A stretch of 64,000 nt of DNA from Syntrophales bacterium (GCA_963668175.1 OY764159.1:2464001-2528000); one strand, 5' to 3'. Positions 53,393 through 64,000 are shown, counted from the stretch's first letter. The notes: a model not told the origin generated them from the sequence alone. Numbers and translations are program-made.

Positions 53393-55324
53393 TTAAAAGT
53401 CTTTGAATTCGGAATCGCCGAGGGGGATGACGTGTTCCGGCCGGCCGGCCGCGGACCTCGGGGCATCCTTCGCCGGCCCCTTTCTGAATTTCGGCCTGAC
53501 GAGGGGCAGTCCGTGTCTTTCCAGCCGCGGCGATTCCGCCATCTCGGCGGAAACCGCCATGCGGCCGTTGCCGCTGCCGCCGATGACGGCGATCAGCTCC
53601 AGGACCACTTCCTTCATCGTAACCGACTGGGCGTTCATCTCTTCGGAAGCCGAGGCGGACTCTTCCGCATTCGCGGCGTTCTGCTGCACAACCTTGTCCA
53701 TCTCATGGACGGCCTTGGTGACCTGGCCGATGCCCTGAGCCTGCTCGTCCGACGCCGCGGCGATCTCGTTGATGAGACCCGCGACCTTGCCGGCGCTTTC
53801 GGCCACCTGCGAGAAATCGGTGTTGGTCCGTCCGACCAGTTCCGCGCCGGCCTTGATTTTCTTGATCGTTCCTTCGATCAGGCCCGAGGTGTTCCGCGCG
53901 GCGTCGGCCGCCCGTATCGCCAGGTTCCGGACCTCCTCGGCGACGACGGCGAATCCTGCTCCCGCCTCGCCGGCCCGGGCCGCCTCCACAGCGGCATTGA
54001 GGGCGAGGAGGTTCGTCTGGAAGGCGATCTCGTCGATGGTCTTGATGATCTTCGAGGTGTCTTCGCTGGCTTTCGTGATGTCGTCCATCGACACCGTCAG
54101 CTCCTGCATCGAGCTGTTGGCCCGCGTGACGACCGACTTCGTCTCTTCCATGAGCTTGTTGGCCGTATTGGCGTTGTCGGCGTTCTGCTTCGTCATGGAG
54201 GACATTTCCTCCAGGGACGACGATGTCTCCTCGATGGCCGCCGCCTGTTCGGATGCCCCTTCGGCGAGGCTCTGGCTGGCGGTTGCCACTTCGCTCGATG
54301 CCGCCGTGATCTGTTCGGCGCCGGCATTCAGCTTTTCCGAGGCCCTCTGGATGGGCACCGCGATGGCCCGGGCGGAGAAGAAAGCCGCCACAGCCGCCAG
54401 CAGGGCGAAGAGGACGATGCAGATCAGGGTGGTGTTCCGTATCGCAGTGACGGAATCGAGCATCTCGTCGATCGGGACGGCGGTGACGACGCTCCAGCCG
54501 TTCAGCTTGACGGGGGCGAAACCGGACACCTTGCGGATTCCTTTATAGACATACTGAGTGACTCCCGATTCTCCGGCGAGCGCCTTCTTCGTCAGATCCT
54601 CCAGGCCCTGCTCCTTGGCGATGTTGAGCTGGAGGGCCTGCTTGGCGTCGGGAAAGACGACGACGGTCCCTTCCTTGTTGACGATATAGGCGTAGCCCGT
54701 CTTGCTCAGTTTGACCTCGTTGATCTTCGCGGCCAGGAAGGATACATGGACGATGCCGGCGACGACGCCTATGACCTGGCCGTTTTCGTCCTTGATCGGA
54801 TGAGACAGGGTGGAGACCGGCGTGTTCGACTTCTTCGACATGTTGACCGTATCCAGGCTTGTCTGTCCCTGGAGGCCTTTCTTGAAGTAATCTCTGTCGG
54901 CCAGGTTGAAGCCCTTCGTTCCCCCTTTGATATTGTCGGCGATGACGATGCCGTCCCGGCCGATGACGACGATCGCCTCGTAGCGGCCTTCGGTGATGCC
55001 CTGGAGCCTGTTCATCTCGCGCTGCAGCAATTCCGCCTTCGAAGCGTCGCCCGCGTTTTTGTCCTTGACGGCCTGGATGACGGCCTCCCTCTGGGCCAGC
55101 ATGGCGACGGCGTTGGACTCGGAAGTCAAGACGCCGTCGACCATGTCCGCGATGCTCTTGGAGACCATCAGGGACTGATCGTAAGCCTCCTTTTCGATGG
55201 CTTGTTTGGCGAAATAGAAGGAAATCGCCCCCAGAATGATGATCGGCACGATCGCCATGAGGCATCCTCCCAGCACGAGCTTTGTCTTCAGCCCCCCCCC
55301 TCTGAACGATAAACCTTTAAGCAT
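53393..55324 (-). CDS. Methyl-accepting chemotaxis protein, dCache sensor, C-terminal motif EFKDF
   Basis: [21 protein letters not shown] hairpin; tail [20 protein letters not shown]. Confidence 0.95.
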   Translation of the reverse strand: MLKGLSFRGGGLKTKLVLGGCLMAIVPIIILGAISFYFAKQAIEKEAYDQSLMVSKSIADMVDGVLTSESNAVAMLAQREAVIQAVKDKNAGDASKAELLQREMNRLQGITEGRYEAIVVIGRDGIVIADNIKGGTKGFNLADRDYFKKGLQGQTSLDTVNMSKKSNTPVSTLSHPIKDENGQVIGVVAGIVHVSFLAAKINEVKLSKTGYAYIVNKEGTVVVFPDAKQALQLNIAKEQGLEDLTKKALAGESGVTQYVYKGIRKVSGFAPVKLNGWSVVTAVPIDEMLDSVTAIRNTTLICIVLFALLAAVAAFFSARAIAVPIQRASEKLNAGAEQITAASSEVATASQSLAEGASEQAAAIEETSSSLEEMSSMTKQNADNANTANKLMEETKSVVTRANSSMQELTVSMDDITKASEDTSKIIKTIDEIAFQTNLLALNAAVEAARAGEAGAGFAVVAEEVRNLAIRAADAARNTSGLIEGTIKKIKAGAELVGRTNTDFSQVAESAGKVAGLINEIAAASDEQAQGIGQVTKAVHEMDKVVQQNAANAEESASASEEMNAQSVTMKEVVLELIAVIGGSGNGRMAVSAEMAESPRLERHGLPLVRPKFRKGPAKDAPRSAAGRPEHVIPLGDSEFKDF

Positions 55325-55412
55325 TTTACCCCTCCTGATCTAAAGTTGAACAACACTATTGCCGCCAGCCTCGGGAGTTCCTCACCTTCATCTCCGTCCG
55401 GCCGGTAATCCG

Positions 55413-57452
55413 CTATACCGTGTTGCCGTCCAGAACCTCCCTGATCTTCCGAGAAATTTCATGGATGCGGAAGGGTTTCTGGATGAAGCCCTGACAGCCG
55501 CGCATCAGGATGCGCCGGGTCTGGTCGTCCAGGCTGTAGCCGGACGCCAGGATCACCTTCACGCCGCCGTCGATGCTTGCAAGGGACTCGAATGTCTTTT
55601 CGCCCGACATTCCCGGCATGATCATGTCGAGAACGACCAGGTCGATCTGGCTGCCGTATTCCATGTAGAGAGAAACGGCTTCCTGGCCGCTGCCCGCCGT
55701 GATAACGCGGTAGCCGAGGTTTTCCAGGATATCCTTCGTGACGGCGGCGATGCTCTGCTCGTCGTCCACGACGAGGATCGTTTCGTGTCCCCTCAGCGCT
55801 TTTTCCGGAGGATTGCCCGCCGTCGTAATTTCATTGACGGAGGCCGGAAGATGGATCGTGAAGGTCGTTCCCCGGCCGGGACTTGACTGGACCGTGATAT
55901 AGCCCCCGTGGTTTTTGACGATCCCGTAAGCGGAAGCCAGGCCCAGGCCCGTACCCCGTCCGGGACCCTTCGTCGTGAAGAACGGATCGAAAATCCTCTC
56001 GAGGGTCTTCTCGTCCATGCCTGCCCCGGTGTCCGCGACGGATATCATGATAAAGCGCCCGGGGGACACTCCGTGGGGCAGAACGTCCGCTGAGCTGCGG
56101 ACGACGTTGCGCGTCTCCAGGAAGATGTCTCCGCCGCCGGGCATCGCCTGGGCTGCGTTGATGAGGACGTTCAGGAAGACCTGTTCGATCTGGCCCTGGT
56201 CCGCGTCCACGGCCCAGATGGGATCTTCAAGCGTCATGGCGATGGCGATCTCTTTGCCCGCGCGGTTGAACATGGAAGCGCTTTTTTCCAGAAGGGCGTT
56301 GATGTCGATGGTCACGATCTCGTATTTACCTCCGCAGGCGAAGCCGAGAAGCTGCTGGGTCAATCGTGCGCCGCTCTCCACGAGTTCTTCGATCTTCTCC
56401 AGGCGGGCACGGTGGACGTCGTCCGGCGCCAGGTCCTTGATCGACATCTCGGTGTTTCCCTGGATGCCCATCAGGATGTTGTTGAAGTCGTGGGCGATGC
56501 CGCCGGCCAGGGTCCCCAGCGCCTCCATCTTCTGCGCGCGCATGAGCTGAAGCTGGAGCTTCTGGTTTTCCTCCATGGCCAGTTTGTGCCCGGTCACGTC
56601 GATACAGACGCCGGATATGGCATTTTCGTCGAGGGACGCGCTCAGGATGATATTGCGGATATCTCCCTGCCGCGTCACGAATTCGACGGCGTGGTTGGTT
56701 ATCCTGCCGTTCCGGCGGAGCATTGCGAGAATATTCTTTCGCTCCTCCGGATCGGCGTAAAAAAGGTTCGAGTTCGTCCGGAGAAGTTCTTCGATCCCGC
56801 CGTAGCCGAAGATGTCGGCCATGGCCTGGTTGGCGAGCCTATATTCGCCCTCGACCGTCGTGCGGTAGATCCCGACGGGGGAATTGTCGACGAGGTTGCG
56901 GTACTGTCTTTCGGAACGGGCCAGTTCTTCCTCCAGACGCTTGCGCCGTGTGTGGTCCCGGAGACATTCGATGGCGCCGATGATGTGGCCGGCAGGATCG
57001 CGCAGGACCGAAGCCGTGGCGTAGAAGTGGGCATCCTCGCCACTCGGCATACCCGGCGCGTAGCCTTCGGCATAGTGAAATTCGTTTTCGCTGTTGACGA
57101 CCGTGTATTGGGACTGGACCGCCTGCGCGGCATCGGGATGGAGGACGAGGTCGATGAGCATCGGCCGTCTTTTGCCGTAAAAGGGCAGGGCGTATTCGTA
57201 GTCTCCCTTGCCGAGCATAGCTTCCGCCGGAACGCCGGTCAGCCTTTCCATGGCGTGGTTCCAGGCGATGACGATGCCGTTCTGGTTGATGACCATCGTC
57301 GCATCGGGAAGAAAATCGACGATGCCGGACATGCGGCGGTTGCCCACCTGAGGGCTTTCTTCCGGCCGTTCCGGTTCGAACACCTGCCGGCGGAGCTCGT
57401 CGATCTCCTGCGCCGGCTTGATTCCCATGGAGCTTACCTTGCTTTTGCTCAT
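55413..57452 (-). CDS. Cytoplasmic hybrid histidine kinase: PAS-PAS-HisKA-HATPase-REC
   Basis: [40 protein letters not shown] overlap with cheW. Confidence 0.93.
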   Translation of the reverse strand: MSKSKVSSMGIKPAQEIDELRRQVFEPERPEESPQVGNRRMSGIVDFLPDATMVINQNGIVIAWNHAMERLTGVPAEAMLGKGDYEYALPFYGKRRPMLIDLVLHPDAAQAVQSQYTVVNSENEFHYAEGYAPGMPSGEDAHFYATASVLRDPAGHIIGAIECLRDHTRRKRLEEELARSERQYRNLVDNSPVGIYRTTVEGEYRLANQAMADIFGYGGIEELLRTNSNLFYADPEERKNILAMLRRNGRITNHAVEFVTRQGDIRNIILSASLDENAISGVCIDVTGHKLAMEENQKLQLQLMRAQKMEALGTLAGGIAHDFNNILMGIQGNTEMSIKDLAPDDVHRARLEKIEELVESGARLTQQLLGFACGGKYEIVTIDINALLEKSASMFNRAGKEIAIAMTLEDPIWAVDADQGQIEQVFLNVLINAAQAMPGGGDIFLETRNVVRSSADVLPHGVSPGRFIMISVADTGAGMDEKTLERIFDPFFTTKGPGRGTGLGLASAYGIVKNHGGYITVQSSPGRGTTFTIHLPASVNEITTAGNPPEKALRGHETILVVDDEQSIAAVTKDILENLGYRVITAGSGQEAVSLYMEYGSQIDLVVLDMIMPGMSGEKTFESLASIDGGVKVILASGYSLDDQTRRILMRGCQGFIQKPFRIHEISRKIREVLDGNTV

Positions 57453-57955
57453 GCCACCTTTTCGAAGAGATCGGAGCCGGCGATGGCTCCGCCGAGGACC
57501 TTGTCGATATCGAGAAGCATCTTCACGCCCCCGGCCGCTTTCGCCATGCCGAGGATATACTCCGTATTCAGTTTGGCCCCGAAGTCGGGCGCATCTTCGA
57601 TATCGGCCGCCTTGATATTCAAAACCTCGGAGACGGAATCCACGACGATTCCGGTATTGACCGCCCGGCCTTCGCCGGAGAGTTCCACGACGATGATGCA
57701 GGTCCTTTCGTTGTAGTCGATGGCGTTCATGCCGAACTTGAGGCGGAGATCGACGACCGGGATGACCTTGCCCCGCAGGTTGATGACCCCCTTGATGTAA
57801 TGGGGCGTCTGGGGTATGGACGTGATGGTCATCATCCCGATGATCTCCCTGACCTTCAGAATGCCGATGCCGTACTCTTCGCCGCCGAGAGAAAACGTCA
57901 GGTATTTCCCCTCCCGAGTTGCCGTGTTTCCTTCCGCTGCTTGACGATCGCTCAT
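57449..57955 (-). CDS. cheW: Chemotaxis coupling protein CheW
   Basis: YLTFSLGGEEYGI..VREI, KGVINLRGKVIPVVDLR, GIVVDSVSEV. Confidence 0.97.
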   Translation of the reverse strand: MSDRQAAEGNTATREGKYLTFSLGGEEYGIGILKVREIIGMMTITSIPQTPHYIKGVINLRGKVIPVVDLRLKFGMNAIDYNERTCIIVVELSGEGRAVNTGIVVDSVSEVLNIKAADIEDAPDFGAKLNTEYILGMAKAAGGVKMLLDIDKVLGGAIAGSDLFEKVA

Positions 57956-58530
57956 GTTTCCCCCCTTGGTTCCGTTTTATTGAAAGGGCTTACGTCATCG
58001 GCCGGATGCCGCCGCCTTCGCCCTGTATGGCTTGTTCTTTAGGGGCCGTGGGCCCGTCTGTCCGCTCATACGTATTCCCTGCCGCCGCACGGCATGCGTC
58101 GGTCGGCCGTCTTACCGACGATGGAGACGCAGGTCTTACCCCCCGGGCGCACCGGCGCCCCTGCGGGGATATTCGCCCCGGCCGAAGGGATGAGCACTGA
58201 ACGCGTGATGGATAGTCCGGTCTGTAGAGACCGAGGAAGGAGTGTTTTCCGATAAGGAAAGAAGCTCTCCGTGGTTGTCGCAGCTGTAAAGGAAGGGGGA
58301 ATATCCGTCCGCCTCCCGGCAGGCGACGCGACAGGTACAGGTCTGTGAGCGGTCCTCCGACACCTTGCCACCGTTGGATGTGTAGCCGGAGAAGTTGTCA
58401 TAATACAAATGTATAACATTAGTATAAGCATTATATCGGTTTGTTTTAATAGAACGATGGCACGATTTTACTAAGGCAAGTCGCTTAAAAGATCAATATT
58501 AAATAATCTTTGGGAAATCTTAGGTGAAAT

Positions 58531-60666
58531 CTAATTTTGCCTGAGGGTGGACAGGTAGGCCCGGAGGTTGTGCTTCTTGGTGAGTTTCAATTTCTTCCGG
58601 ATGCTGTAGCGATGGAAGTTGACGGACCCCTCGGAAATGCCGAGTATTTTTGTGATCTCTTTCGTCACCTTGCCTTCTTCGATCAGGGCGGCGATCTGGA
58701 GTTCCCGGTTGGTCAGGTTCATGTATTTCGAAGAAAGCTTCCGGACGAACGGGGAGACGATCTCCTTCAGTTTCTCCTCGATGAGTTCGACATGGAGCAT
58801 CGCGACCCTTCCTTCCAGTTTCTCCCTGAGTTTTTCGATCTGGGGCTGGACGAGGACCTTGATGTTGGCGACGATCTGTTCTTCGAGCTCATTCTTGTCG
58901 TTGACCCGCTGATTCAGGAGGACGCGGAGGGCGGCATTCAGGTCTTCCTGCTCGCGGGTCTTCTTCTCCAATTCCAGGCCCCTCGATTTGAGCATCTCTT
59001 CCGCAAGCTTGCGGTCGGTGATGTCCCGGAGGGATTCTATGGCGCCGATGATCTGTCCCCTGCCGTCGGAAAGAGGGCTTGCGTTTCCCCAGACATACCC
59101 CCCGGTCCCCTTGAAACTGGGGACCCAGCTTTCGTTGACGATCATGTCGTTTTCCCGGCGGACGACGGTGTCGTACCATTCGGCGGTCCTGATGCCCGCG
59201 CCGAGGGCAAGGTCGATGAGCATGGGGCGGCGCTTGCCGTAAAATGGAAGGGCGTATTCGTAATCGGACTTCCCTATCATCTCCTCGGCCTTCACGCCGG
59301 TCATTTCCTCCATGGCGCGATTCCAGAAGATGACCCGGCCCGCGGTATCGATGACAAACGTCGCATCGGGGAGAAAGGCGATGATCTGGGCCAGCCGCTG
59401 CCTGGACTCCCTCAGTTCTTCCTCCGCCCGCCGCCGCTCGGTGACGTCCCGGGCGATGTAGCGGAATCCCGAAGCTTCGCCCGCGGCGTTCCGCTTGAGA
59501 TTCACCGTCATTTCGACGAGCCGCACGTTGCCGTCTTTCCCAATGATTTCGAAATCGCCGATCTGCGATTTCTCTCCGGTCCGGCGGATGCGTCCGAAGA
59601 AGACCCTCATCGTTCTGGCCGTTTGCTGCGACGTGTACTGCCGGTAGTTCATGGTCATGAGCTCGCGCCGGGAATAGCCGGTGATGCGGCAGGCCGGATC
59701 GCTGCAGAAGGTGATGTTGCCGGCCAGGTCGATCTCCACGTAGGCCTCGTCGATGCTCTCCAGGATGGTGCGGTGCTTCTCTTCGCTCTGCCTCAAGGCC
59801 TCGACGGCATGGATGCGTTCGGTGATGTCCCGGGCGTAGCCGGTCGTGCCGATGACGGCGCCCGAGGCGTCCCGGACGGAAGCCGTGAAGACTTCCTGCC
59901 AGTGCGTCTCTCCGTTGCAGAAGACCGGCCGCTCCATCATGACGGGTTCTCCCGTCTCCATCGCCGTCATATCGGTCTGGTGGTATATCTCCGCCAGGCC
60001 GGCAGGGAAAATTTCCGCGTCCGTCCTGCCGACGATTTCCTCCGCAGTGCGGTGTCCTGTGGTCGAGATAAACGCCTGGTTGGCCGCGAGGTATCGGCCG
60101 TGCCTGTCCTTCAGCCAGACGATGCCCGGCTGGTTTTCAATGATGGCCGTGAGGTACGATTCGCGGTGGCGGAGGGCGGTTTCGGTCTCCTTGATTTCCG
60201 TGACGTCCAGGACGGTGCCGATGATGGCGGGTCTGCCCCGATAGGACGTCCGGGAGCTGTAGACGGCCGCATATCTCGCTTCGCCGCCCTTGCGCAGGAT
60301 CCGGAATTCGTATCGGACGGATTTGTTCTTGCCGTCGATGCGGTCGCGAATGGTCCGGCGCACCAGGGGCAGGTCGTCGGGATGGATGAGGTCCGCCACG
60401 GTCAGGCCCAACACCGTTTCGCTGAAGCCGTAACCGAAGATGGCGGCGAATTCGCTGTTCGCGTATTTGATCGCGTCGTCCTGGATGAGATAGATGCCGA
60501 CGATGGCCTTCTCCGCCAGGTCGCGGAACATGCCTTCCGATTCCCGCAGGCCGTCCTCGATGCGCTTGTGTTCGGCCTCGGCGTGCTCCAGATCGCCGAT
60601 TCGCCGGCGCAGGCCGGATATCTCTTCGATCAGGTCTTCCCGTGTTCTGGTCCGGTCGCCCATCAT
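58531..60666 (-). CDS. One-component regulator: 4 PAS domains plus LuxR-type HTH
   Basis: Four PAS/PAC units; LTNRELQIAALIEEGKVTKEITKILGISEGSVNFHRYSIRKKL. Confidence 0.92.
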   Translation of the reverse strand: MMGDRTRTREDLIEEISGLRRRIGDLEHAEAEHKRIEDGLRESEGMFRDLAEKAIVGIYLIQDDAIKYANSEFAAIFGYGFSETVLGLTVADLIHPDDLPLVRRTIRDRIDGKNKSVRYEFRILRKGGEARYAAVYSSRTSYRGRPAIIGTVLDVTEIKETETALRHRESYLTAIIENQPGIVWLKDRHGRYLAANQAFISTTGHRTAEEIVGRTDAEIFPAGLAEIYHQTDMTAMETGEPVMMERPVFCNGETHWQEVFTASVRDASGAVIGTTGYARDITERIHAVEALRQSEEKHRTILESIDEAYVEIDLAGNITFCSDPACRITGYSRRELMTMNYRQYTSQQTARTMRVFFGRIRRTGEKSQIGDFEIIGKDGNVRLVEMTVNLKRNAAGEASGFRYIARDVTERRRAEEELRESRQRLAQIIAFLPDATFVIDTAGRVIFWNRAMEEMTGVKAEEMIGKSDYEYALPFYGKRRPMLIDLALGAGIRTAEWYDTVVRRENDMIVNESWVPSFKGTGGYVWGNASPLSDGRGQIIGAIESLRDITDRKLAEEMLKSRGLELEKKTREQEDLNAALRVLLNQRVNDKNELEEQIVANIKVLVQPQIEKLREKLEGRVAMLHVELIEEKLKEIVSPFVRKLSSKYMNLTNRELQIAALIEEGKVTKEITKILGISEGSVNFHRYSIRKKLKLTKKHNLRAYLSTLRQN

Positions 60667-61341
60667 ATATACTCTATGGCGTCTTGCGCCGCATTAAGTT
60701 CGAAACGGACGCGAGTCCTTGTTCTGCATGGTAATACCTGTCCGGTAGGCTGTCGTATGCTATGGGGACTGTAGCATGGCACTGCTGACGATTGACATGG
60801 GGCGGGGCGGAAGGCGCATAACGGGTGTCTGACGGTCCTGACGCAGGCCCGCCTCCACCCGTTCGAGGCGCGGCTTCTGCATGCTCCATATCCCGGAATT
60901 CCAGGCGCAGGAAGGATGTCCGGCGGATCATGTCCCGGTCGATATCCAGGGCAGGTCCGCTGTTGTTAAATTTTTTTCTCCCGGCAAACGTCGATGATTA
61001 AAGCCTAGACAGGCGGTTTATTCAGTGTTGCGTAGTTATACTTTGGATATGGTTACCGCATACATTCGCGGATGTCAAATAAAATGTGACAACCTGCGTG
61101 ATCCCTTTCTGCTTTGCATGACAGATAGAGGTCGATTTCCGAGGATCGGGAAGGCTTTCGGTGAGTGCATGGTTCCCGAATATTTTTCTGCCTGGATTTG
61201 TCCCGAGTCGCGGATGTGGCTGAAGGACGGAAGGATCATGGCAGGCGGGCGGGATGAAGGCCCGGGTGCACATTCGGGTGGCGCGTGTTGCCTTTTTTTG
61301 AGGCCGCGTCGGGATAAGCGGCCGGGGGCCTTTATAACCGT

Positions 61342-62214
61342 TCAGAAAGACTGGCAGTGCTCTTCGATCTCCTTTTCCACGGCGGGACGCCAGGACTTGA
61401 AATCGCCGAGAAGCGGTTCGAGAGACGAAAATTCGGGGAAGGCGTTACGGATTTCGTCGTTGGCCGAATCCCGGAATGCGTGATTCACGTAAACGTTGGC
61501 GGCATAGACTGCGAGGTGCAGCCAGAAATCGAACGTCGTTCTCTTCACTTCATGGTGGTACTCGATGGCGTCGGCAAGCTGGGCGGGAAAATGCCACTTC
61601 CGGACCAGGTGGCCGCCGATGGCGGCATGGTCGATCGGCAGGGTCTTTCTTTCGGCGTCGATGAAGGACAGGCCTTCCTCCTTCTGCGCCGCAAGCACCG
61701 ATCCGAAGAGGTCGGGCAGATGACGCGCCATGACGAGCTTCCCGATATCGTGGAGGAGGCCGGCGACAAAGGCGTCGGACGGGGGGGCGATCTTGGCCGA
61801 TTCGGTGAGATACCGGCTGGTGACGGCCACGGCGATCGAGTGTTTCCAGAGGTCCCGGATGTCGAAGTGGTCGTATTTGGTCTTCATGCGGAACATGTCG
61901 ATGGCGGCCACGGTGGCTATGGAGTTGCGCACCGACTCGAACCCCATGATCATCAGGGCCTGGGATATGTCGGCTATCCCCGAGCGGCGGGCATACAGGT
62001 ACGAATTGACGAGCCTTAGGACCTTGGCCGTGATGACCTGGTCCTTTTCGATGACTTCCTGGAGTTTGGTGTTCGATACGTCGACGTCCTGGAGCATCCG
62101 GTTGATTTCCAGGAGGACGTGGGGAACGGTCGGCAGGTCTTTGACGGTGTCTATCTGGTCCAGAACGGCCTGGCGGGCCTCGCTCTTTTCGAAATCGTTC
62201 ATGCTGAAATCCAT
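61342..62214 (-). CDS. HDOD domain protein
   Basis: DLPTVP, IEKDQVITAKVLRLVNS, LWKHSIAVA, AGLLHDIGKL, DHAAIG..L..KWHFP. Confidence 0.93.
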   Translation of the reverse strand: MDFSMNDFEKSEARQAVLDQIDTVKDLPTVPHVLLEINRMLQDVDVSNTKLQEVIEKDQVITAKVLRLVNSYLYARRSGIADISQALMIMGFESVRNSIATVAAIDMFRMKTKYDHFDIRDLWKHSIAVAVTSRYLTESAKIAPPSDAFVAGLLHDIGKLVMARHLPDLFGSVLAAQKEEGLSFIDAERKTLPIDHAAIGGHLVRKWHFPAQLADAIEYHHEVKRTTFDFWLHLAVYAANVYVNHAFRDSANDEIRNAFPEFSSLEPLLGDFKSWRPAVEKEIEEHCQSF

Positions 62215-62288
62215 CCTTTTCTATGTTCTTGGGGCCTTTTTACCGGCCGGGCTTTCTTCCGGAGGCGGATTGTGCACGCCTGCGGCCT

Positions 62289-62702
62289 TCACATGAACAG
62301 GCCGAGAAGTTCCGGCAGGCTTCTCACGATCTGGCCGCGGCCGGAGTCGATGTAAATGCCGATCTGGGCGATAAGCGACCAGGCGAAGGCGAACTGAGCG
62401 AGGGCGAAGCCCGCGATCGTGAACTGGCTCACGCTCACGACGCCGACGCCGAACTGCGACAGGGTGAAAACGCCGCAGGCGAACTGGCCGATGGCGACGA
62501 CGCCCCTGGCCGGAACCGGCATCCGGTTGGGCCGGTACTTGAAGGAGATGTGGACCAGGGGGAGCCCCCAGAGTTCCGCCTCCGTCCTGTACTCGAATCC
62601 CCATCCGTCCCGCCTGTCGCGGGCGGGGCGGGGCGCGCCGCAGTGCGGGCAGGACACAGCCTCATCCGATATGTCTTGTCCGCATTCCCGGCAGGGTTTC
62701 AT
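62289..62702 (-). CDS. Zinc-ribbon domain protein with Gly-rich hydrophobic C-terminus
   Basis: CRECG...CPHCG; GLPLVHISF, ARGVVAIGQFACG. Confidence 0.82.
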   Translation of the reverse strand: MKPCRECGQDISDEAVSCPHCGAPRPARDRRDGWGFEYRTEAELWGLPLVHISFKYRPNRMPVPARGVVAIGQFACGVFTLSQFGVGVVSVSQFTIAGFALAQFAFAWSLIAQIGIYIDSGRGQIVRSLPELLGLFM

Positions 62703-62766
62703 GAAAGTCCATTCTCCCTAAAGCCGTCGCCGGTGCTTTTCACCGGCGCAGGGCGCTTGGCCTTCG

Positions 62767-63075
62767 CTATCCGAAGAGCATCTTCAGCCGTTCGAGAAAA
62801 GTCGGCCTGTACTCGTTCATCCGGTTCCGGTATTCGTCGATGGACTTGAATTCGACATAGTGGATGACGGCGTCCCACGCCACCGAGGCCTGGGTGTTCG
62901 AGACCCACGATTCTCCGTCCACGTGGGGTATCCGCCCCGAGACGAACAGCCGCCCTTCGCGCCTCACAAAATGGGGGTATTCCATGAGGATGCCGTCCTC
63001 GCACCCCCGGGGCGCGTCGGCCAGATATAAAATCACGACCTTGCCGCCGAAGTCCGGCAGCCCGTTGTCTTCCAT
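62767..63075 (-). CDS. Hypothetical protein (102 aa)
   Basis: SD GGAG before ATG; protein-like composition MEDNGLPDFGGKVVILYL... Confidence 0.7.
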   Translation of the reverse strand: MEDNGLPDFGGKVVILYLADAPRGCEDGILMEYPHFVRREGRLFVSGRIPHVDGESWVSNTQASVAWDAVIHYVEFKSIDEYRNRMNEYRPTFLERLKMLFG

Positions 63076-63511
63076 GTGATGCTCCGATCCGCTTATCGCA
63101 AATATAATAGCCCGTGACCGTCCTTCATGCCCCGGACCGTAATTCCTTATACCAAAAATGCTTGAGGGAAAGCAAAAGCAATTCGAGGGGCGAAGTCCGC
63201 CTCCGTCCCCCGGCCTCTCCTCCGACGTGTTGCACGGGCGAACAAGGAGACGGAAAGAAGCGTTCCCAGGGCAGTTCCTCCGGACCGACAGGTCCCGTCC
63301 GGCGGCGTTTCCGCTTTTGCGGCGATGGAGAGCCTTCCCGTCCCCGCCCCATATGTCCTTCTTCATCGGCAGTCTGCGGATATTCTGTAGGAAATATCGG
63401 ACGTGTCCCGATATCATGGGGAAAAAAGGGGGGAGGTGCCGCCCGGAAGACCTCAGGAAGAAGCCTTCCGGGCGGGTTGAGGGGAAAGGAGGGAAGTGGA
63501 ACCTGACGACG

Positions 63512-64000
63512 CTATATGTTTAATTTGTTCAGAAAATCGAGAAGGTACGTCCCGCCGACGCCGCCGAAGGGGATGAAGAGGGCCTGGATGGCCGGGTGCT
63601 GGGAGAACGGCGCAAAGGCCCCTTCGCGGGTGTCACGGATCTCATTAACGACGAATTCAAAGAGCCTGATCCCGTCCATGTCGCTTTGGGCAACGGCCTG
63701 CGCATACGGTATCCGGAGGCGATCCAGGGAAGACTTGCGCAGCCTTTCCGCGGAACGCCTGAGCAGAAAGGCACTGCTCCAGACGATCACGAGGCATAAT
63801 GTGAAAACCATAATGTCTCCGGCGGACATGACCCAGTTATCGAAATAATCAAATCGCCCCAGGAAAAGAATAAACCAGACGATAAACGGGCAGAAGATAA
63901 GTTTTCCGACGGCATCGGTTCGCTTTGCCACCAGACGGACGATTAGCCATGCTTCCAGAGCTATAATTTTCGAACATCGGGCTGTTCTACAATTTAAACA
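63512..64000 (-). CDS. C-terminal part of a membrane protein, truncated by the window end
   Basis: Frame open from 64000 to the stop at 63512; TM segments; RTDAVGKLIFCPF, FDNW, GAFAPFSQHP. Confidence 0.7.
   Translation of the reverse strand, partial: CLNCRTARCSKIIALEAWLIVRLVAKRTDAVGKLIFCPFIVWFILFLGRFDYFDNWVMSAGDIMVFTLCLVIVWSSAFLLRRSAERLRKSSLDRLRIPYAQAVAQSDMDGIRLFEFVVNEIRDTREGAFAPFSQHPAIQALFIPFGGVGGTYLLDFLNKLNI

Noticed and set aside
58430..58475. TGGCACGATTTTACT (sigma54-like) and CCGATAT (sigma28 -10-like) upstream of cheW
   Set aside because: The first has no -12 GC and the wrong orientation; the second has no TAAA at the correct spacing
63321..63345. GGCGATGGAG, resembling the start of a fluoride riboswitch
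   Set aside because: Lacks the TTCGCC pairing segment and the downstream conserved block; wrong strand for neighbouring genes

Overview
A 64 kb GC-rich chromosomal window. Gene content (acyl-CoA dehydrogenase plus CoA-transferase, many PAS hybrid kinases, PEP-CTERM, HDOD) suggests an anaerobic deltaproteobacterium, probably Syntrophales-like; this assignment is inference. Nearly all genes from 1.5 to 42.8 kb are on the minus strand. The left part holds a sigma54-preceded PEP-CTERM gene, a small-protein/DEAD-box helicase/RRM operon with a terminator-containing leader, a Fur-controlled iron locus (fur, outer-membrane beta-barrel, feoA, feoA, feoB, Cys-rich peptide; four Fur boxes), two fatty-acid catabolism genes and assorted hydrolases. 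The stretch from 19.9 to 62 kb is a dense signal-transduction region: 7 histidine kinases (6 hybrid), a stand-alone MEDS protein, a response regulator with an uncharacterised Cys-rich tail, 3 apparently HAMP-less chemoreceptors, CheW, a PAS-LuxR regulator and an HDOD protein. I saw no rRNA, tRNA, CRISPR array, integrase or transposase. The best leads are (i) a Fur-regulated beta-barrel co-transcribed with feo, a candidate outer-membrane Fe(II) entry route, (ii) candidate non-coding RNAs (a sigma54-driven hairpin with a C-rich loop, a Fur-box-preceded element, a CU-loop hairpin, an attenuator-like leader) and (iii) MEDS/PocR and cheW-kinase-MCP signalling modules with G9 tracts and a GGA-rich leader. 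All domain calls come from motif recognition by eye; no database search was run.
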